Assembly (NCBI GenBank): GCA_963663275.1
Contig: OY760183.1
Location: forward strand, 928,001-992,000
Source of the DNA: Chloroflexota bacterium
GTDB taxonomy: Bacteria; Chloroflexota; UBA11872; VXOZ01
Length of the DNA stretch: 64,000 nucleotides
Direction of reading: 5' to 3'
Position 1 is the stretch's first letter; each line of letters starts with the position of its first letter. This document shows, piece after piece, positions 7,027 through 22,475 of this stretch. The notes beneath the pieces were generated by a model that was not told where the DNA came from, did no database searches, and worked only from the letters and a program-made list of their open reading frames with translations. The translations under genes and the position numbers were made by a program.

Positions 7027-10026
7027 GTGAAGGCGCGCCTGCCCCACATTGCCACGGATACGGCTACGCCGCTGCCCCTGCTTGCCGATTTGCGGCAGGC
7101 GGTGGCGGCGGAGCTCGAGGCCGCGCGCGCGCAGGCGGCGCTGGTGCGCGTGGAAGTCTTGTCCGGCCGGCGGGGCGCGGCGGCCGGCGGCGGCCACCTG
7201 TACACCTTTCTGCTCAGCGCGCTGCTCCCCGTCCCGGACGATACGCCGGGCGAGCTCCACATTGGCCGCCGCGTTCACCACTGCCGCATTGTGGGCGTGG
7301 AGGGGTTGCGGGTCACCGTGCTGATGGCGGAGGCGCCGGCGCGCTTCATCGAGCGCGCCACCCTGGCGGCGCAGCCCTGGACGGCGCTGGCGCGCCTCGA
7401 TGCGGCGCTGGCGAAGCGCGCGGCGGGCTCGGGACTGAGCGCGGCGCTCTTCAGCGGTGAATCGGCGCGCGTGGAGCGGATTGCCCCGGCGGCCGCCGGG
7501 CCTGCCGGCCCGCCGCTGGCGGAGACGCAACGAGCGGCGCTGGCGTCGGCCCTGGAACGCGCCGTGACGGTCGTCACCGGTCCGGCGCACGCCGGCAAGA
7601 CGCATCTGCTAAGCCGGATTGCCGCGTCCTACGCGCAGGCGGGTTTGCGGGTGCTGCTGCTGGCCCCGTCCCACGACGCCATCGACACGGCGCTCCGCTC
7701 CCTTGCCGCCGGCGCCGCCAGCGACGCGTATGCCGCCGGCAAACTGCTGCGGAACGGCTGGAGCGCGGAACCGTCGCTGGAGCAGGCCTTTCCCCTGCTG
7801 GCGCCGGAACGCGCCGCGCGCCTGCTGGAGGCGGAGCGGGAGTGGGAATTGGCGGCGCTGGATGGGGAACGCGCGGCCTTGGCGGAACGGGAGCAGGCTC
7901 TCGGCGTCTTGCAGAAGGCCGCGGCGTTGGCGCAACAGGCCGCGCGGGAGCGCGACGCGGCGCAGGCGGAAGTCGACGCGCTGGCGGCGGGAACGGCTGC
8001 CGCGCCCGGCAAGAGCGGCGCGCCCACCGGCTGGCGGCGCTTGCTGGAGCGTTGGCAGCGGCTATGGCGGCTTGTTCTTCGTCTCACCGGACGCGCGGCG
8101 CGGAGTTCCGTCAGCGCGTACCGCGATAGCGCCGAACGGCGGCGGCAGGAGGCCTATGGTCAGGCGCAACGGCTGGCGGAGGCGCGGCGGCGCGTTGAAG
8201 AGAAAACCGCGGCCGCGTCTCGCCTGGAGGCGAGCGTCCGCCAACAGCTTGCGCAATACGATCTGAGCCTCGACAATCTCGACGCGGCGCGCCAGGCGGC
8301 CGCGGACCGCGCCCGGACGCTGGCGGAAGAGCGCGAGCGGGCGGCGAGTACATTAAGAGGAAGCCGCCGCGCCGTCCAAGAGCGGGCGCTGTTGGTGGCG
8401 AGCACGCTTACGCGGGCGCTGGTGGGCGCAGCAGGCGCGCCGGAGGCGTTCAATCGTCAGTCGCAGTCTTCCGACATCGGGTCTGAATCATTCGATTTCC
8501 AGTCGGATTCATTCGACTTCCAGTCGGATTCATTCGACTTCCAGCCGCAGTCATTCGACTTTCAATCGGAGTCGTTCGACGTGGTGCTGATCGACGATGC
8601 GCAGCGCGTGCCCTTGCCCCACCTCTACTGGGCGGCCGGACTGGCGCGCGGGCGCGTGGTGGTGGCGACCGAACCGGCGGCGCTGCAACTCTGGCACTGC
8701 GCCCAGCAGGCGGTTGCCCGCCGTTGGTTGGGTAGTTCTTTCGCCGCGTACCTGGGCGGACGGCGCGCGCGCGGCGCGGCGGCAACGCTCGCCTTGGCCG
8801 AGCGGCACGCGGTCGCTCCCGCGTTGGCCGAAACCGTTGCCGGCTGGCTCGGCGCGGCCGGCGGCGCCAGCGGGCAAGGCGCGCCGGACGCGCCAAGACA
8901 CCGGCCCGCGCCGCAAGGCGGGGAAGAGCGGCGCGCCCCGGCGCGGGGCCGCCGCCAAGCGCCGCTGGCAAAGGCGTTGGCCGCCGCCAGTCCCGTGTTG
9001 CTGGTGGATACCGGCGTGCTCACGCCGTGGTGCGCCGCTTTGCCGCGCCACGGGCGGGTGAATCCGGCCAGCGCCCTCACCGCGGTGGCGCTGGCGCAGC
9101 GGTTGCGCGCGGCGGACGCCGGGGCGTCCATCGCGCTCATTACGCCATACGCGGCCCAGGCGCGGCTGCTGCTCCACCTGGCGCGGGACCGGCAACTCAC
9201 CGACGCCATCGGCATCTACGCGCCGCCGTGCCTGCCCTCCCGGGCGGCGGACGCGGTCATCCTGGACACGGTGGAAGCGCCGGGCCGGTTTACCTGGTCC
9301 GCGCTGGACGACTCCCGGCCGGATTCCCCGGCGCACGCCCTCTTCAGCGGCGTCTGCGCCCAGGCGCGGCAGCGGCTGCTGCTGGTGGCGCACGGCAAGC
9401 ACGTGCGCGCCGCCTTTGGCGGGCGGTCGCTCCTGCGGCGGATGCTGAGCGACGCCGAGGAGGCCGGTTGGGCGGCGTCCGCGGGCGATCTGGTAACAAG
9501 CTACCGCGCCGGGGCGTTGTCCCGCGTTGCGCAAGCGGCGGGCGCGCACGACGACGGCTGGAGCCTGCTGTTGCAAGATCTGGAAACGGCGCGGCGGGGC
9601 GTTACCCTCTGGAGTCCCTACCTGGCGCTGAACACCGTTGAGCGCGTGTTGGGCCGGCTGCCGTCCGCGCTGCTGGAGCGCGGCGCGGTGCGTCTGGTCA
9701 CGCTGCCGCCGGAAGACCTGCGCGGCGGGCAGCGCGCCCAGTCGGCCGCGGCGCGGCGGGTGTGCGAGCAGGTGGGCGTGGTGGTGACGGAGCAGAACGC
9801 CCTGGCGGCCAATCTCGTGACCGTGGACGACCGCGTGGCCTGGGAGTGCACGCTCCCGCCCCTGAGCGCCGGCAGCGGCGGCCTGCAACTGCGCCGCATC
9901 CGGAGCGCCCCGGTGGCGCGCCTGCTGCGCACGCTCCTCTCCGAAGAGGATACCGGCGCAATCACGCCGGACGCCGCCTTCTTCATGCCGTTCACCGACG
10001 CGGATACCCCGACGCCGCGCGATTAG
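7027..10026 (+). CDS. Degenerate SF1 (DNA2/NAM7-like) helicase with coiled-coil insert and C-terminal PLD-like domain
   Basis: GPAHAGKT, LAPSHDAID, FDVVLIDDAQ, IALITPYAAQA, VTLWSPYL, VTVDDRVAW; start uncertain (GTG 7027 or ATG 6982). Confidence 0.75.
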   Translation: MKARLPHIATDTATPLPLLADLRQAVAAELEAARAQAALVRVEVLSGRRGAAAGGGHLYTFLLSALLPVPDDTPGELHIGRRVHHCRIVGVEGLRVTVLMAEAPARFIERATLAAQPWTALARLDAALAKRAAGSGLSAALFSGESARVERIAPAAAGPAGPPLAETQRAALASALERAVTVVTGPAHAGKTHLLSRIAASYAQAGLRVLLLAPSHDAIDTALRSLAAGAASDAYAAGKLLRNGWSAEPSLEQAFPLLAPERAARLLEAEREWELAALDGERAALAEREQALGVLQKAAALAQQAARERDAAQAEVDALAAGTAAAPGKSGAPTGWRRLLERWQRLWRLVLRLTGRAARSSVSAYRDSAERRRQEAYGQAQRLAEARRRVEEKTAAASRLEASVRQQLAQYDLSLDNLDAARQAAADRARTLAEERERAASTLRGSRRAVQERALLVASTLTRALVGAAGAPEAFNRQSQSSDIGSESFDFQSDSFDFQSDSFDFQPQSFDFQSESFDVVLIDDAQRVPLPHLYWAAGLARGRVVVATEPAALQLWHCAQQAVARRWLGSSFAAYLGGRRARGAAATLALAERHAVAPALAETVAGWLGAAGGASGQGAPDAPRHRPAPQGGEERRAPARGRRQAPLAKALAAASPVLLVDTGVLTPWCAALPRHGRVNPASALTAVALAQRLRAADAGASIALITPYAAQARLLLHLARDRQLTDAIGIYAPPCLPSRAADAVILDTVEAPGRFTWSALDDSRPDSPAHALFSGVCAQARQRLLLVAHGKHVRAAFGGRSLLRRMLSDAEEAGWAASAGDLVTSYRAGALSRVAQAAGAHDDGWSLLLQDLETARRGVTLWSPYLALNTVERVLGRLPSALLERGAVRLVTLPPEDLRGGQRAQSAAARRVCEQVGVVVTEQNALAANLVTVDDRVAWECTLPPLSAGSGGLQLRRIRSAPVARLLRTLLSEEDTGAITPDAAFFMPFTDADTPTPRD
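8446..8580 (+). repeat. In-frame 21-bp tandem repeat (SFDFQS[D/E])
   Basis: About 6 units of TCATTCGACTTCCAGTCGGAT-like sequence just before Walker B. Confidence 0.9.
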
Positions 10027-10159
10027 TCTCCCTCTCCCCGAGGAGACCTTTGCAAAACTCTGTCATTCCGGCGAAAGCCGGAATCCAGACCGCATTTACA
10101 ACTAAGAATAGCCTGTTTTCAAGCCTTTACACCCCCATCCCAACCTTCCCCCTCAATGG

Positions 10160-10331
10160 CTGACAGGGGTAGGCACGTGTCATTCCGAGCGGAGCGTCGA
10201 ACAGGGTTCGCGGAATCTAGAACCGACGTTTTTGCAGCGAAAGCCTTAGATTCCGCGCTCTTAGCGACTCTCCGCTGCGCTCCGTTCGGAATGACACGTG
10301 AAGTCGGACATAGAACACATACCCCTGCCAG
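10160..10331. mobile_element. MITE-like element family 2, copy 2
   Basis: Left TIR CTGACAGGGGTAGGCA, right CACATACCCCTGCCAG, interior nearly identical to 4291-4436; right flank CTCTCCCTGG. Confidence 0.75.
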
Positions 10332-10429
10332 CTCTCCCTGGGGAGAGGGCCGGGGTGGGGGGAGTAGGGCAAACTCCCCGGATTTTCTCCAATTCTCTCG
10401 AATTTTCTCTGATTTCCCCGTCAAATCCC

Positions 10430-10458
10430 TTGCACTATCTCTTCAGGCATGATATTGT
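10430..10458 (+). promoter_or_regulatory. Candidate sigma70 promoter TTGCAC-17-(TGn)TATTGT
   Basis: Consensus-like hexamers, 17-nt spacing, extended -10, AT-rich context. Confidence 0.5.
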
Positions 10459-10978
10459 TTCTATTGAAAATAGTTTGTGAGCGAAACTAATTCATGATGA
10501 TACCAAAGAACATTAGATAGCACAGTATCAGAGGCGCCACAGTACAGCGAGAGCAACAGATGGACAACAAGATTATATCGCGCATGGCCGAGAGGTTCGG
10601 GGCACCGCTCCCGCCTCTCGCCTTGCCGTCCTCCATCCCCGCACCGGTTGCTCCGTCCTTTGGCCGGGACGGAGCGCCAGTGTTCGCCGGTTGGAGCGCG
10701 GCGGAAGCGCGCATGAGCAGTGGCATGGAAGTAGCCGGCACTAGCCAAGCGGTTACAGCGCGGAGGCAAGCGAGGATGGAACGTACGTAAGCAGGAATGG
10801 CGGAGCGTGGCCGCGGAAAGAGACGGCACGCTCGCAGGTAGCGCCGCCAGCGCGCGCCCGCCAAAAGACGCGGCAAGCCGATGCGAAGCAGGAGACGTGA
10901 GAGAAGGCTTGCGGCAGGATTGCGGTCGAGAGCGAGCGCGGCGGTAGGGGATAGAGTTCGGCAAGGGCACAGGAAGCT

Positions 10979-16747
<5,769 letters not shown>

Positions 16748-16800
16748 CGCCAGGCCGCCTGAGGTAGGGTGGCGGCTTGGCAGAGTCATCCGGCTGCGGG

Positions 16801-16850
16801 AAGCCTCCCGGGGGCAGCCTTATCGAGAAAGGCTTCCCCCCGGGAGGCTT
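16801..16850. terminator. Long hairpin between convergent genes, probable bidirectional terminator
   Basis: AAGCCTCCCGGGGGCAGCCTT / AAGGCTTCCCCCCGGGAGGCTT inverted repeat. Confidence 0.6.
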
Positions 16851-16920
16851 GCTTGACTTTGGGCACGCCGCCGCGCCCGCGTGGGGGCCAACTCCGCAAG
16901 ATTCGCTCGCGTGAAGCCGC

Positions 16921-18516
16921 CTATTCGGAGAAGAAGTAGCCCGCGCCGAAGTGGAGGCCGTCGTGCAAGATGAGCAAGAGGCGCTGCTTATCCTTCTCGG
17001 GCGTTTGCGGATTGTCCGCATCCAGTACGTACCACGTCCCTTCCGGCGTGCCGGTCTTGCTGGAGTGTGAGCCGACAACTTTGGGAGCGATCGCGTACGT
17101 GAGGATGATGCCGTCGCTATTCCTGAGCTCCAAGAACCACTGCTGCTCGATGCTCTCGACGCTATTGTAGTATTCCACCGTGGCCTCGAGGCCGTGTTCA
17201 TCATAGTAGGCGATGGCCTTTTCTATGTACGCCCGCGTGGCCGCTTCGGGGTCAGACAGCGGATAGTAGCCTGATGCGAAGATGAGATTGTCGTGCCGTA
17301 CCGCGTACGCTATCTTGGGCGCGTCCTGCAAGGTGAAGGGGTGCGGCCACAGGTACTCGATCCAATGCCCTTCCGCCGTGGCGTTGGCAATTTCCTTGCC
17401 CAGTTCGTAGCCGGTAGAATCCACCACCTGCTTGATGTCCGTGCCGAGCAAGTGCGGCAAGAGCGAATGCACGATGTAGATGTCGTCGGCGTTCGTCACG
17501 AAGAGATACCACTGGCCTTCGAAGCTGGCCACGCTTTGGTAGTAGTGCTTGAAGGCCTGCAGACCGACGCGCTCATAGCGCTCAATTGCATTCTGAACGT
17601 AGGTTACTGTGTATTCATGCGGATCAGCGTTCTGCCAGACTGGCGCTTCCGCATCCTCATCCGGCGTATAGTAGCCGGAGGCAAAGATCAAGCCGGCATG
17701 GCGGATAGCCCACGAACTCTTCGGCTCTTCCAGCCCGCTGATCGGATGCGGCCACAGGTAGTCCACCCAGTGGCCTTCCGCCGTAGCCCTGGCAATCTCT
17801 TTGCCTAACTCGTAGCCGTCGGAGCCCACCACGTTCTTGATGTCCGTATCCTTCAGGTGGGGGAAGATCGGATGGACCAGGTAATTGTCATCTGCGCCGA
17901 TGAGGAACAGATAGAACTGCCCCTCCAGGCTCTCGCGGCTGTTGTAGCGCGCTATCGTTGCGTCCAGCCCCTCGCGGTCGAAGAAGCTTATCGCGCGCTC
18001 TACGTAGTCCTTGGTGGCCTCGGCCAGGTTCTTCCTCAAGACGGCGTGGGTCGAGACGAAGATCAGTCCCTCGTGCAATATGGCCACAAACTCGCCCGGC
18101 TCTTGCTCGCCGGTCTGCGGATTCAGGGTGAAGCCCTGAAACCAGTACCCTTCCGCGGTGGCTTGGGCGAAGCCGCGCCCAAGCGGCGTGTTAGGTCCGC
18201 TGAACGCGGATGTCCCTATCATTGCCCGATATATCGAGGTGGTCAAGACCGTTTGCTCACCGGCGCGCAGCAGCATCAGGCTCCGATCATCTTCTATGCT
18301 CTCACGGCTACCGTAGAACTCGATTACCGCATCCAGCCCGTCCTGCTCGTAGCGTTCGATCGCCTTCTGCACGTATGCCAGCGTCACGTCGCGGGCGCTG
18401 GGCGGCTCCGCTGGCGCTGGCGCCGGCGTTTCCACCATTACGTAGCCGCAACTCGACAAGACCAGTAAGAAGGCCAATGCCGCCAAGATGCTCACACGCA
18501 GTTTCAAGCGCGTCAT
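16921..18516 (-). CDS. Lipoprotein made of four tandem single Cache-like domains
   Basis: Lipobox LSSC; four repeats of T..YV..AI..Y...GL.A....Y.S.ES.EGQ.YLF...G.WV.Y.WP.P...GLIF.SGYY. Confidence 0.85.
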   Translation of the reverse strand: MTRLKLRVSILAALAFLLVLSSCGYVMVETPAPAPAEPPSARDVTLAYVQKAIERYEQDGLDAVIEFYGSRESIEDDRSLMLLRAGEQTVLTTSIYRAMIGTSAFSGPNTPLGRGFAQATAEGYWFQGFTLNPQTGEQEPGEFVAILHEGLIFVSTHAVLRKNLAEATKDYVERAISFFDREGLDATIARYNSRESLEGQFYLFLIGADDNYLVHPIFPHLKDTDIKNVVGSDGYELGKEIARATAEGHWVDYLWPHPISGLEEPKSSWAIRHAGLIFASGYYTPDEDAEAPVWQNADPHEYTVTYVQNAIERYERVGLQAFKHYYQSVASFEGQWYLFVTNADDIYIVHSLLPHLLGTDIKQVVDSTGYELGKEIANATAEGHWIEYLWPHPFTLQDAPKIAYAVRHDNLIFASGYYPLSDPEAATRAYIEKAIAYYDEHGLEATVEYYNSVESIEQQWFLELRNSDGIILTYAIAPKVVGSHSSKTGTPEGTWYVLDADNPQTPEKDKQRLLLILHDGLHFGAGYFFSE

Positions 18517-18757
18517 GCTCCGCTCCCTTCCTTATGGCTCTCCAGTCCTTGCTGCCTTCACCAAAGTATACCATAGAAATATGCAAATACACATACTATA
18601 AAAGCAATGAGTGTAATGCAGCATGACGTCTGAGTTGGACGATTGCAATCGCCGCGTCGCGGACGGAGTAAGGTTCGCCGCACGCAGGACCTGAGTCAAT
18701 GCGCCGCTTGCGCCCTGCCGGGGCGGCAGCCGCTCATTGGCCTGGTTGCGCGCGCTG

Positions 18758-19699
18758 CTAACGCTGCGCGCGCTGCGCCGCCGTGATCTGGGCCTCGATT
18801 GCCGCCACCGTTTCACCCGTCCAGAGCGATTGCGCCGGCGCGACCGGCGCCAGGCGGGCGGGCGCCTGCGTGTCGTCAATCCCGGCCAGGGTCTGCTGCG
18901 GGCACACGAGCCGCCACGGATCGCCGCGCAGCGCCAGCACGTAATCTTCACCTTGGGCAAGCAGCGGTTCGCGCTCGCCGTCCTGGAGTATCGTGAGCAC
19001 GGCGCCGGGGCTAACCTGCTCCCGGTATAACGAATAGGGGTACAGCGAACGGTCAACCCGCACCACCTGCCACGCCCAGCGTTGGTTCGGCCCCAACGCG
19101 CGCCGCTCGACACGGCCCACGATGAACACCCTGTCCGGCTTGACCACGTCGCTGATCTGCGCGCACGCCGGCGCCGGTTCAGGCTCCGGCTGGGGCTTAA
19201 TGTAGTACACGAAGCGCAACACACTGGCGTTGGCGCGGGCCTCGATCTCCCAGCAGCCGGCGGTGGGGAAGATCAGCGTGCTCGCCTGAAAGTCACCGGC
19301 GTACCCCTCGGGAATCGCGGCCCAGAGCGGGGCGGCGTCACCGTCCAGGCGGCGTCCTTGCACCGCCAATTTCGAGCCGACCGGCTTGATCCAGAGCACC
19401 TTCTGGCTGCCTTGCCGCCAGGGCGCTACCACCGCCCAGATCGCCTTGTCATCGCTAACGAAATAGAGGCCGGGCGGCAGCGGGTCGCGGTAGTCTGAAT
19501 CCGGCGGCGTCGCAATGCTGGGAACGCTTATGGGGCAGTCCATGCCGTGGGCCGCCTGCGCTTCACCTTTGGCGCCGGGACTTTCCGCCGCTTCATTGAT
19601 CACCGGCGAACGTTCGCTTGGCGCTAAGGCGCAGCCTGTGACGGCGATCCAAAGTATGAACACCAGAATCAACAACGCAATTCGGCTTGGATGCCGCAT
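18758..19699 (-). CDS. Hypothetical lipoprotein (N-terminal DUF4871-like domain)
   Basis: Lipobox VTGC; KVLW...GRRLDG...STLIFPTAGCWEIEA motif. Confidence 0.65.
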   Translation of the reverse strand: MRHPSRIALLILVFILWIAVTGCALAPSERSPVINEAAESPGAKGEAQAAHGMDCPISVPSIATPPDSDYRDPLPPGLYFVSDDKAIWAVVAPWRQGSQKVLWIKPVGSKLAVQGRRLDGDAAPLWAAIPEGYAGDFQASTLIFPTAGCWEIEARANASVLRFVYYIKPQPEPEPAPACAQISDVVKPDRVFIVGRVERRALGPNQRWAWQVVRVDRSLYPYSLYREQVSPGAVLTILQDGEREPLLAQGEDYVLALRGDPWRLVCPQQTLAGIDDTQAPARLAPVAPAQSLWTGETVAAIEAQITAAQRAQR

Positions 19700-19918
19700 T
19701 GTCCTGCCTTTTCGTGCTAAGGTGGTTTCCTTGTAGCCCCTGTGTGTGCGGAAGCACAGCCCAATTGCCACCGCAGCTCTTCCCAAGACGGCGCTGGCTT
19801 TTCAAACACGTTAGCGCCTCGATGCACTTGGTTGAATTGTACACATTACCAAGGCGAGTGCGGTACCATAAAGGGGACATTTTCTCATTGGAATCACTCA
19901 AGCAGGAGCCAGGAATAG

Positions 19919-21238
19919 ATGATCGAAGTAGCAGACCAGGTCTTGCCGGTTTCGGCGGAAGTGTCGGACGGCGGCGTGCTCGCCATTGGAGGCGTGCCCG
20001 TCACGGAGTTGGCGCGGGAATTCGGCACGCCGCTCTACATCTACGACGAAGCCACCCTGCGCGCCAACATGCGCCGCTACGTGAACGCGCTGAACGCCAA
20101 TTATCCCGACGCGCTGCCGCTCTACGCCAGTAAGGCCTACTCGGACCCCCACGTGGTGAAGATCGCCGCGGAAGAGGGCATGGGGCTGGACGTGGTCTCG
20201 GCGGGCGAAATCGCCGTGGCCGTGGCCGCCGGTTTTCCGCTGGAACGCATCTACTTCCACGGCAATAACAAGCTGCCGGAAGAGCTTGCCTACGCGCTGG
20301 AAGCCGGCGTGGGCCGCATTGTGGTGGACAATTTTCATGAAATCGACCTGCTCAACTCGATTGCGGGAGAGGCAGGCGCACCGGCGCGCATACTGCTGCG
20401 CATCGGCCCGGGCGTGGAGGCCCACACCCACGATTACATCAAGACCGGCGCGCTCGATTCCAAGTTCGGCTTTGCGCTGCCCATCGGCCAGGCGGAGGAG
20501 GCCGTGGCGCGGGCACAGGCCGCGCCGCACCTGGATCTGATCGGCATCCACGCCCACATCGGCAGCCAGATCTTCGACATCGAACCCTACGTGGACACGC
20601 TCGACCTGCTCATCGAGTTCGCGCGGGAAATGGCGGACAAGTACGGCCTGAGCGTGCAGGAGCTTTCGCCCGGCGGCGGCTGGGGCATCCGCTACACCGG
20701 CGCCGACGACCCGCCGCCGATCGAAGACCTGGCGCAGACGGTGACGGCTACGGTGAAAGACCGCATGGCTGCCCTGGGCTGGGATCTGCCGCGCCTGGTG
20801 GTGGAACCGGGACGCTCGATCGTGGGCCAGGCCGGCGTGGGCCTCTACTCGGTCGGCTCCAGCAAGACCATACCGGACGTGCGCAAGTACGTGGCCGTGG
20901 ACGGCGGCATGGCGGACAACATCCGTCCGGCGCTCTACGACGCGGCCTACACGGTGCTGGTGGGCAACCGCATGAACGACCCGGCGGAGGAGACGGTCAC
21001 GATCGCCGGCCGCTACTGCGAAAGCGGCGACGTGCTCTTCAAGGACGTGGAAATGCCCAGGCTCGAACCCGGCGACCTGATTGCCGTGCCCAGTTCCGGC
21101 GCGTACTGCCTGGCGATGTCCAGCAACTACAACCTGGTGCCGCGCCCGGCAGTGGCGCTGGTAAACGACGGCAAAGCCCGCCTCATCCGCCGCCGCGAAA
21201 CCCTGGACGACCTCATCCAGCCGCACCTGGACGTGTAG
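19919..21238 (+). CDS. lysA: Diaminopimelate decarboxylase
   Basis: FGTPLYIYD, YASKA (PLP Lys), SKFG, HAHIGSQI, EPGRS, G.YCESGD, GAYC..MSSNYN. Confidence 0.96.
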   Translation: MIEVADQVLPVSAEVSDGGVLAIGGVPVTELAREFGTPLYIYDEATLRANMRRYVNALNANYPDALPLYASKAYSDPHVVKIAAEEGMGLDVVSAGEIAVAVAAGFPLERIYFHGNNKLPEELAYALEAGVGRIVVDNFHEIDLLNSIAGEAGAPARILLRIGPGVEAHTHDYIKTGALDSKFGFALPIGQAEEAVARAQAAPHLDLIGIHAHIGSQIFDIEPYVDTLDLLIEFAREMADKYGLSVQELSPGGGWGIRYTGADDPPPIEDLAQTVTATVKDRMAALGWDLPRLVVEPGRSIVGQAGVGLYSVGSSKTIPDVRKYVAVDGGMADNIRPALYDAAYTVLVGNRMNDPAEETVTIAGRYCESGDVLFKDVEMPRLEPGDLIAVPSSGAYCLAMSSNYNLVPRPAVALVNDGKARLIRRRETLDDLIQPHLDV

Positions 21239-21240
21239 GG

Positions 21241-21800
21241 GCGCGTGTGCGTGAGTATGGGTTTACTGTCGTTCGGTTGCACCCGGACGTCTGAGTGCGC
21301 GTGTGCGTGAGTGTCGGTTCATCTTCATCCGGCCGCAGTTGGAAGTGTTAGGGCGCGTGTGCGCGTATCCGTTCATCCTTCGACGCGCTCAGGACGAACG
21401 GATACGCGCCCTGGCGGCGAGGAGTCACCGTAGCGCGGGGGCTTGTCCCCCGCCTCCCCGCCGGGCGCAGGTTACAAACCTACGCTACCAAGGCGGAGGC
21501 GGCGAGGAGTCACCGTAGCGCGGGGGCTCGTCCCCCGCCTCCCCAGCGGCGCAGGTTACAAACCTACGCTACCAAGACGGTCGCAATCAGGTGCGTCACC
21601 GTAGCGCGGGGGCTCGTCCCTAATGTTGTCGCATTAAACGCGGTGAGAATGAAAACTACGCTCGTTTCTCCGGTAGCGCAGGTTCGCACGGGAAGTGCGC
21701 GTAACCTGCGTATTCCGTTGGGTCAATCCATTCCGTTCGCATTTTTCTTGTCCCCCGCCGGCGCCGGGCGCAGGTTACAAACCTACGCTACCGGCGCCCT
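21241..21800. repeat. Composite repeat cluster: 56-bp decayed tandem, CCGTTC...GAACGG palindrome, BIME-like REP-A/REP-B doublets, truncated family-1 MITE
   Basis: Units visible at 21241, 21297, 21369-21401, 21430, 21515, 21601, 21768. Confidence 0.85.
21621..21750. mobile_element. MITE-like element family 1, right end deleted
   Basis: GGGCTCGTCCC followed by TIR TAATGTTGTCGCATTAA and the same interior as 40926 and 50434. Confidence 0.7.
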
Positions 21801-21821
21801 GCCAACACCATACCACCGGTG

Positions 21822-21851
21822 TTGACAGTGCTACCGCTGGACGGCTATAGT
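21822..21851 (+). promoter_or_regulatory. Sigma70 promoter TTGACA-18-TATAGT
   Basis: Near-consensus hexamers upstream of the gene at 21927. Confidence 0.7.
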
Positions 21852-21926
21852 GATTCCGATACGAGGAGACGTGTTGTGTTCGGCATTCGTTGCGGCATAG
21901 CGGCAGCGCTCTAAGGAGGAAAAGCG

Positions 21927-22370
21927 ATGGCAGACAAGGTCGTACCCCTGATTGGTTCGGGCGAAGCCGGACCCCTGGGAGCAATCCACTTGCCCCGCCT
22001 GTGGCTGAAGGTCACGCTGGCGGCCAATGGCTTGCTGCCCGACGACTACGACGAGTGCGGCGCGGGCTTCGACCAGATGGTGCTGGACGGCCTCGGCGTC
22101 GACCGCGACGCGGCCCTGGACTACCTGCGCTCCAATAAGCCGAACTACCTTGAGTTCGAGCAGTGGGTAGTGGACCAGAACGGCGGCAGCATTGCGGCGG
22201 AGACTATCGACGCCAGCAACGCCGCGATTCGCGGCTACAATCACGGCGACGACGTGGTGGGCGGCATCTGCGACGCCACGGGCCTTGCCAACGACGGCGC
22301 CATCACCGACGCGGTGAGCCTCAACGCCCTGGAGGACTGGCAGGAACTGCACAGCTCGATCAGCGGCTAA
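21927..22370 (+). CDS. DUF5069-like protein
   Basis: GPLG.IHLPRLWLK, GFDQMVLDGLG, LN.LEDW; RBS AAGGAGG. Confidence 0.75.
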   Translation: MADKVVPLIGSGEAGPLGAIHLPRLWLKVTLAANGLLPDDYDECGAGFDQMVLDGLGVDRDAALDYLRSNKPNYLEFEQWVVDQNGGSIAAETIDASNAAIRGYNHGDDVVGGICDATGLANDGAITDAVSLNALEDWQELHSSISG

Positions 22371-22394
22371 CGTACGCATAAGGAAAGACTGCAA

Positions 22395-22436
22395 GCGCCG
22401 TTCGGCCCGACCACCACGGGGGCCGAACGGCGTTTT
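22395..22436 (+). terminator. Intrinsic terminator
   Basis: GCGCCGTTCGGCCC / GGGCCGAACGGCGT stem followed by TTTT. Confidence 0.75.
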
Positions 22437-22475
22437 GTTAAGCCGCGCTGAGCGCGGACCGAAAGGGAAAAGGTC

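Noticed and set aside
19700-19918. Lysine riboswitch before lysA (and T-box before tyrS)
   Set aside because: No consensus elements recognised; the leaders appear short.
21241-21620. Possible CRISPR-like repeat-spacer runs
   Set aside because: The spacers are homologous to each other and to the lysA end or are REP doublets.
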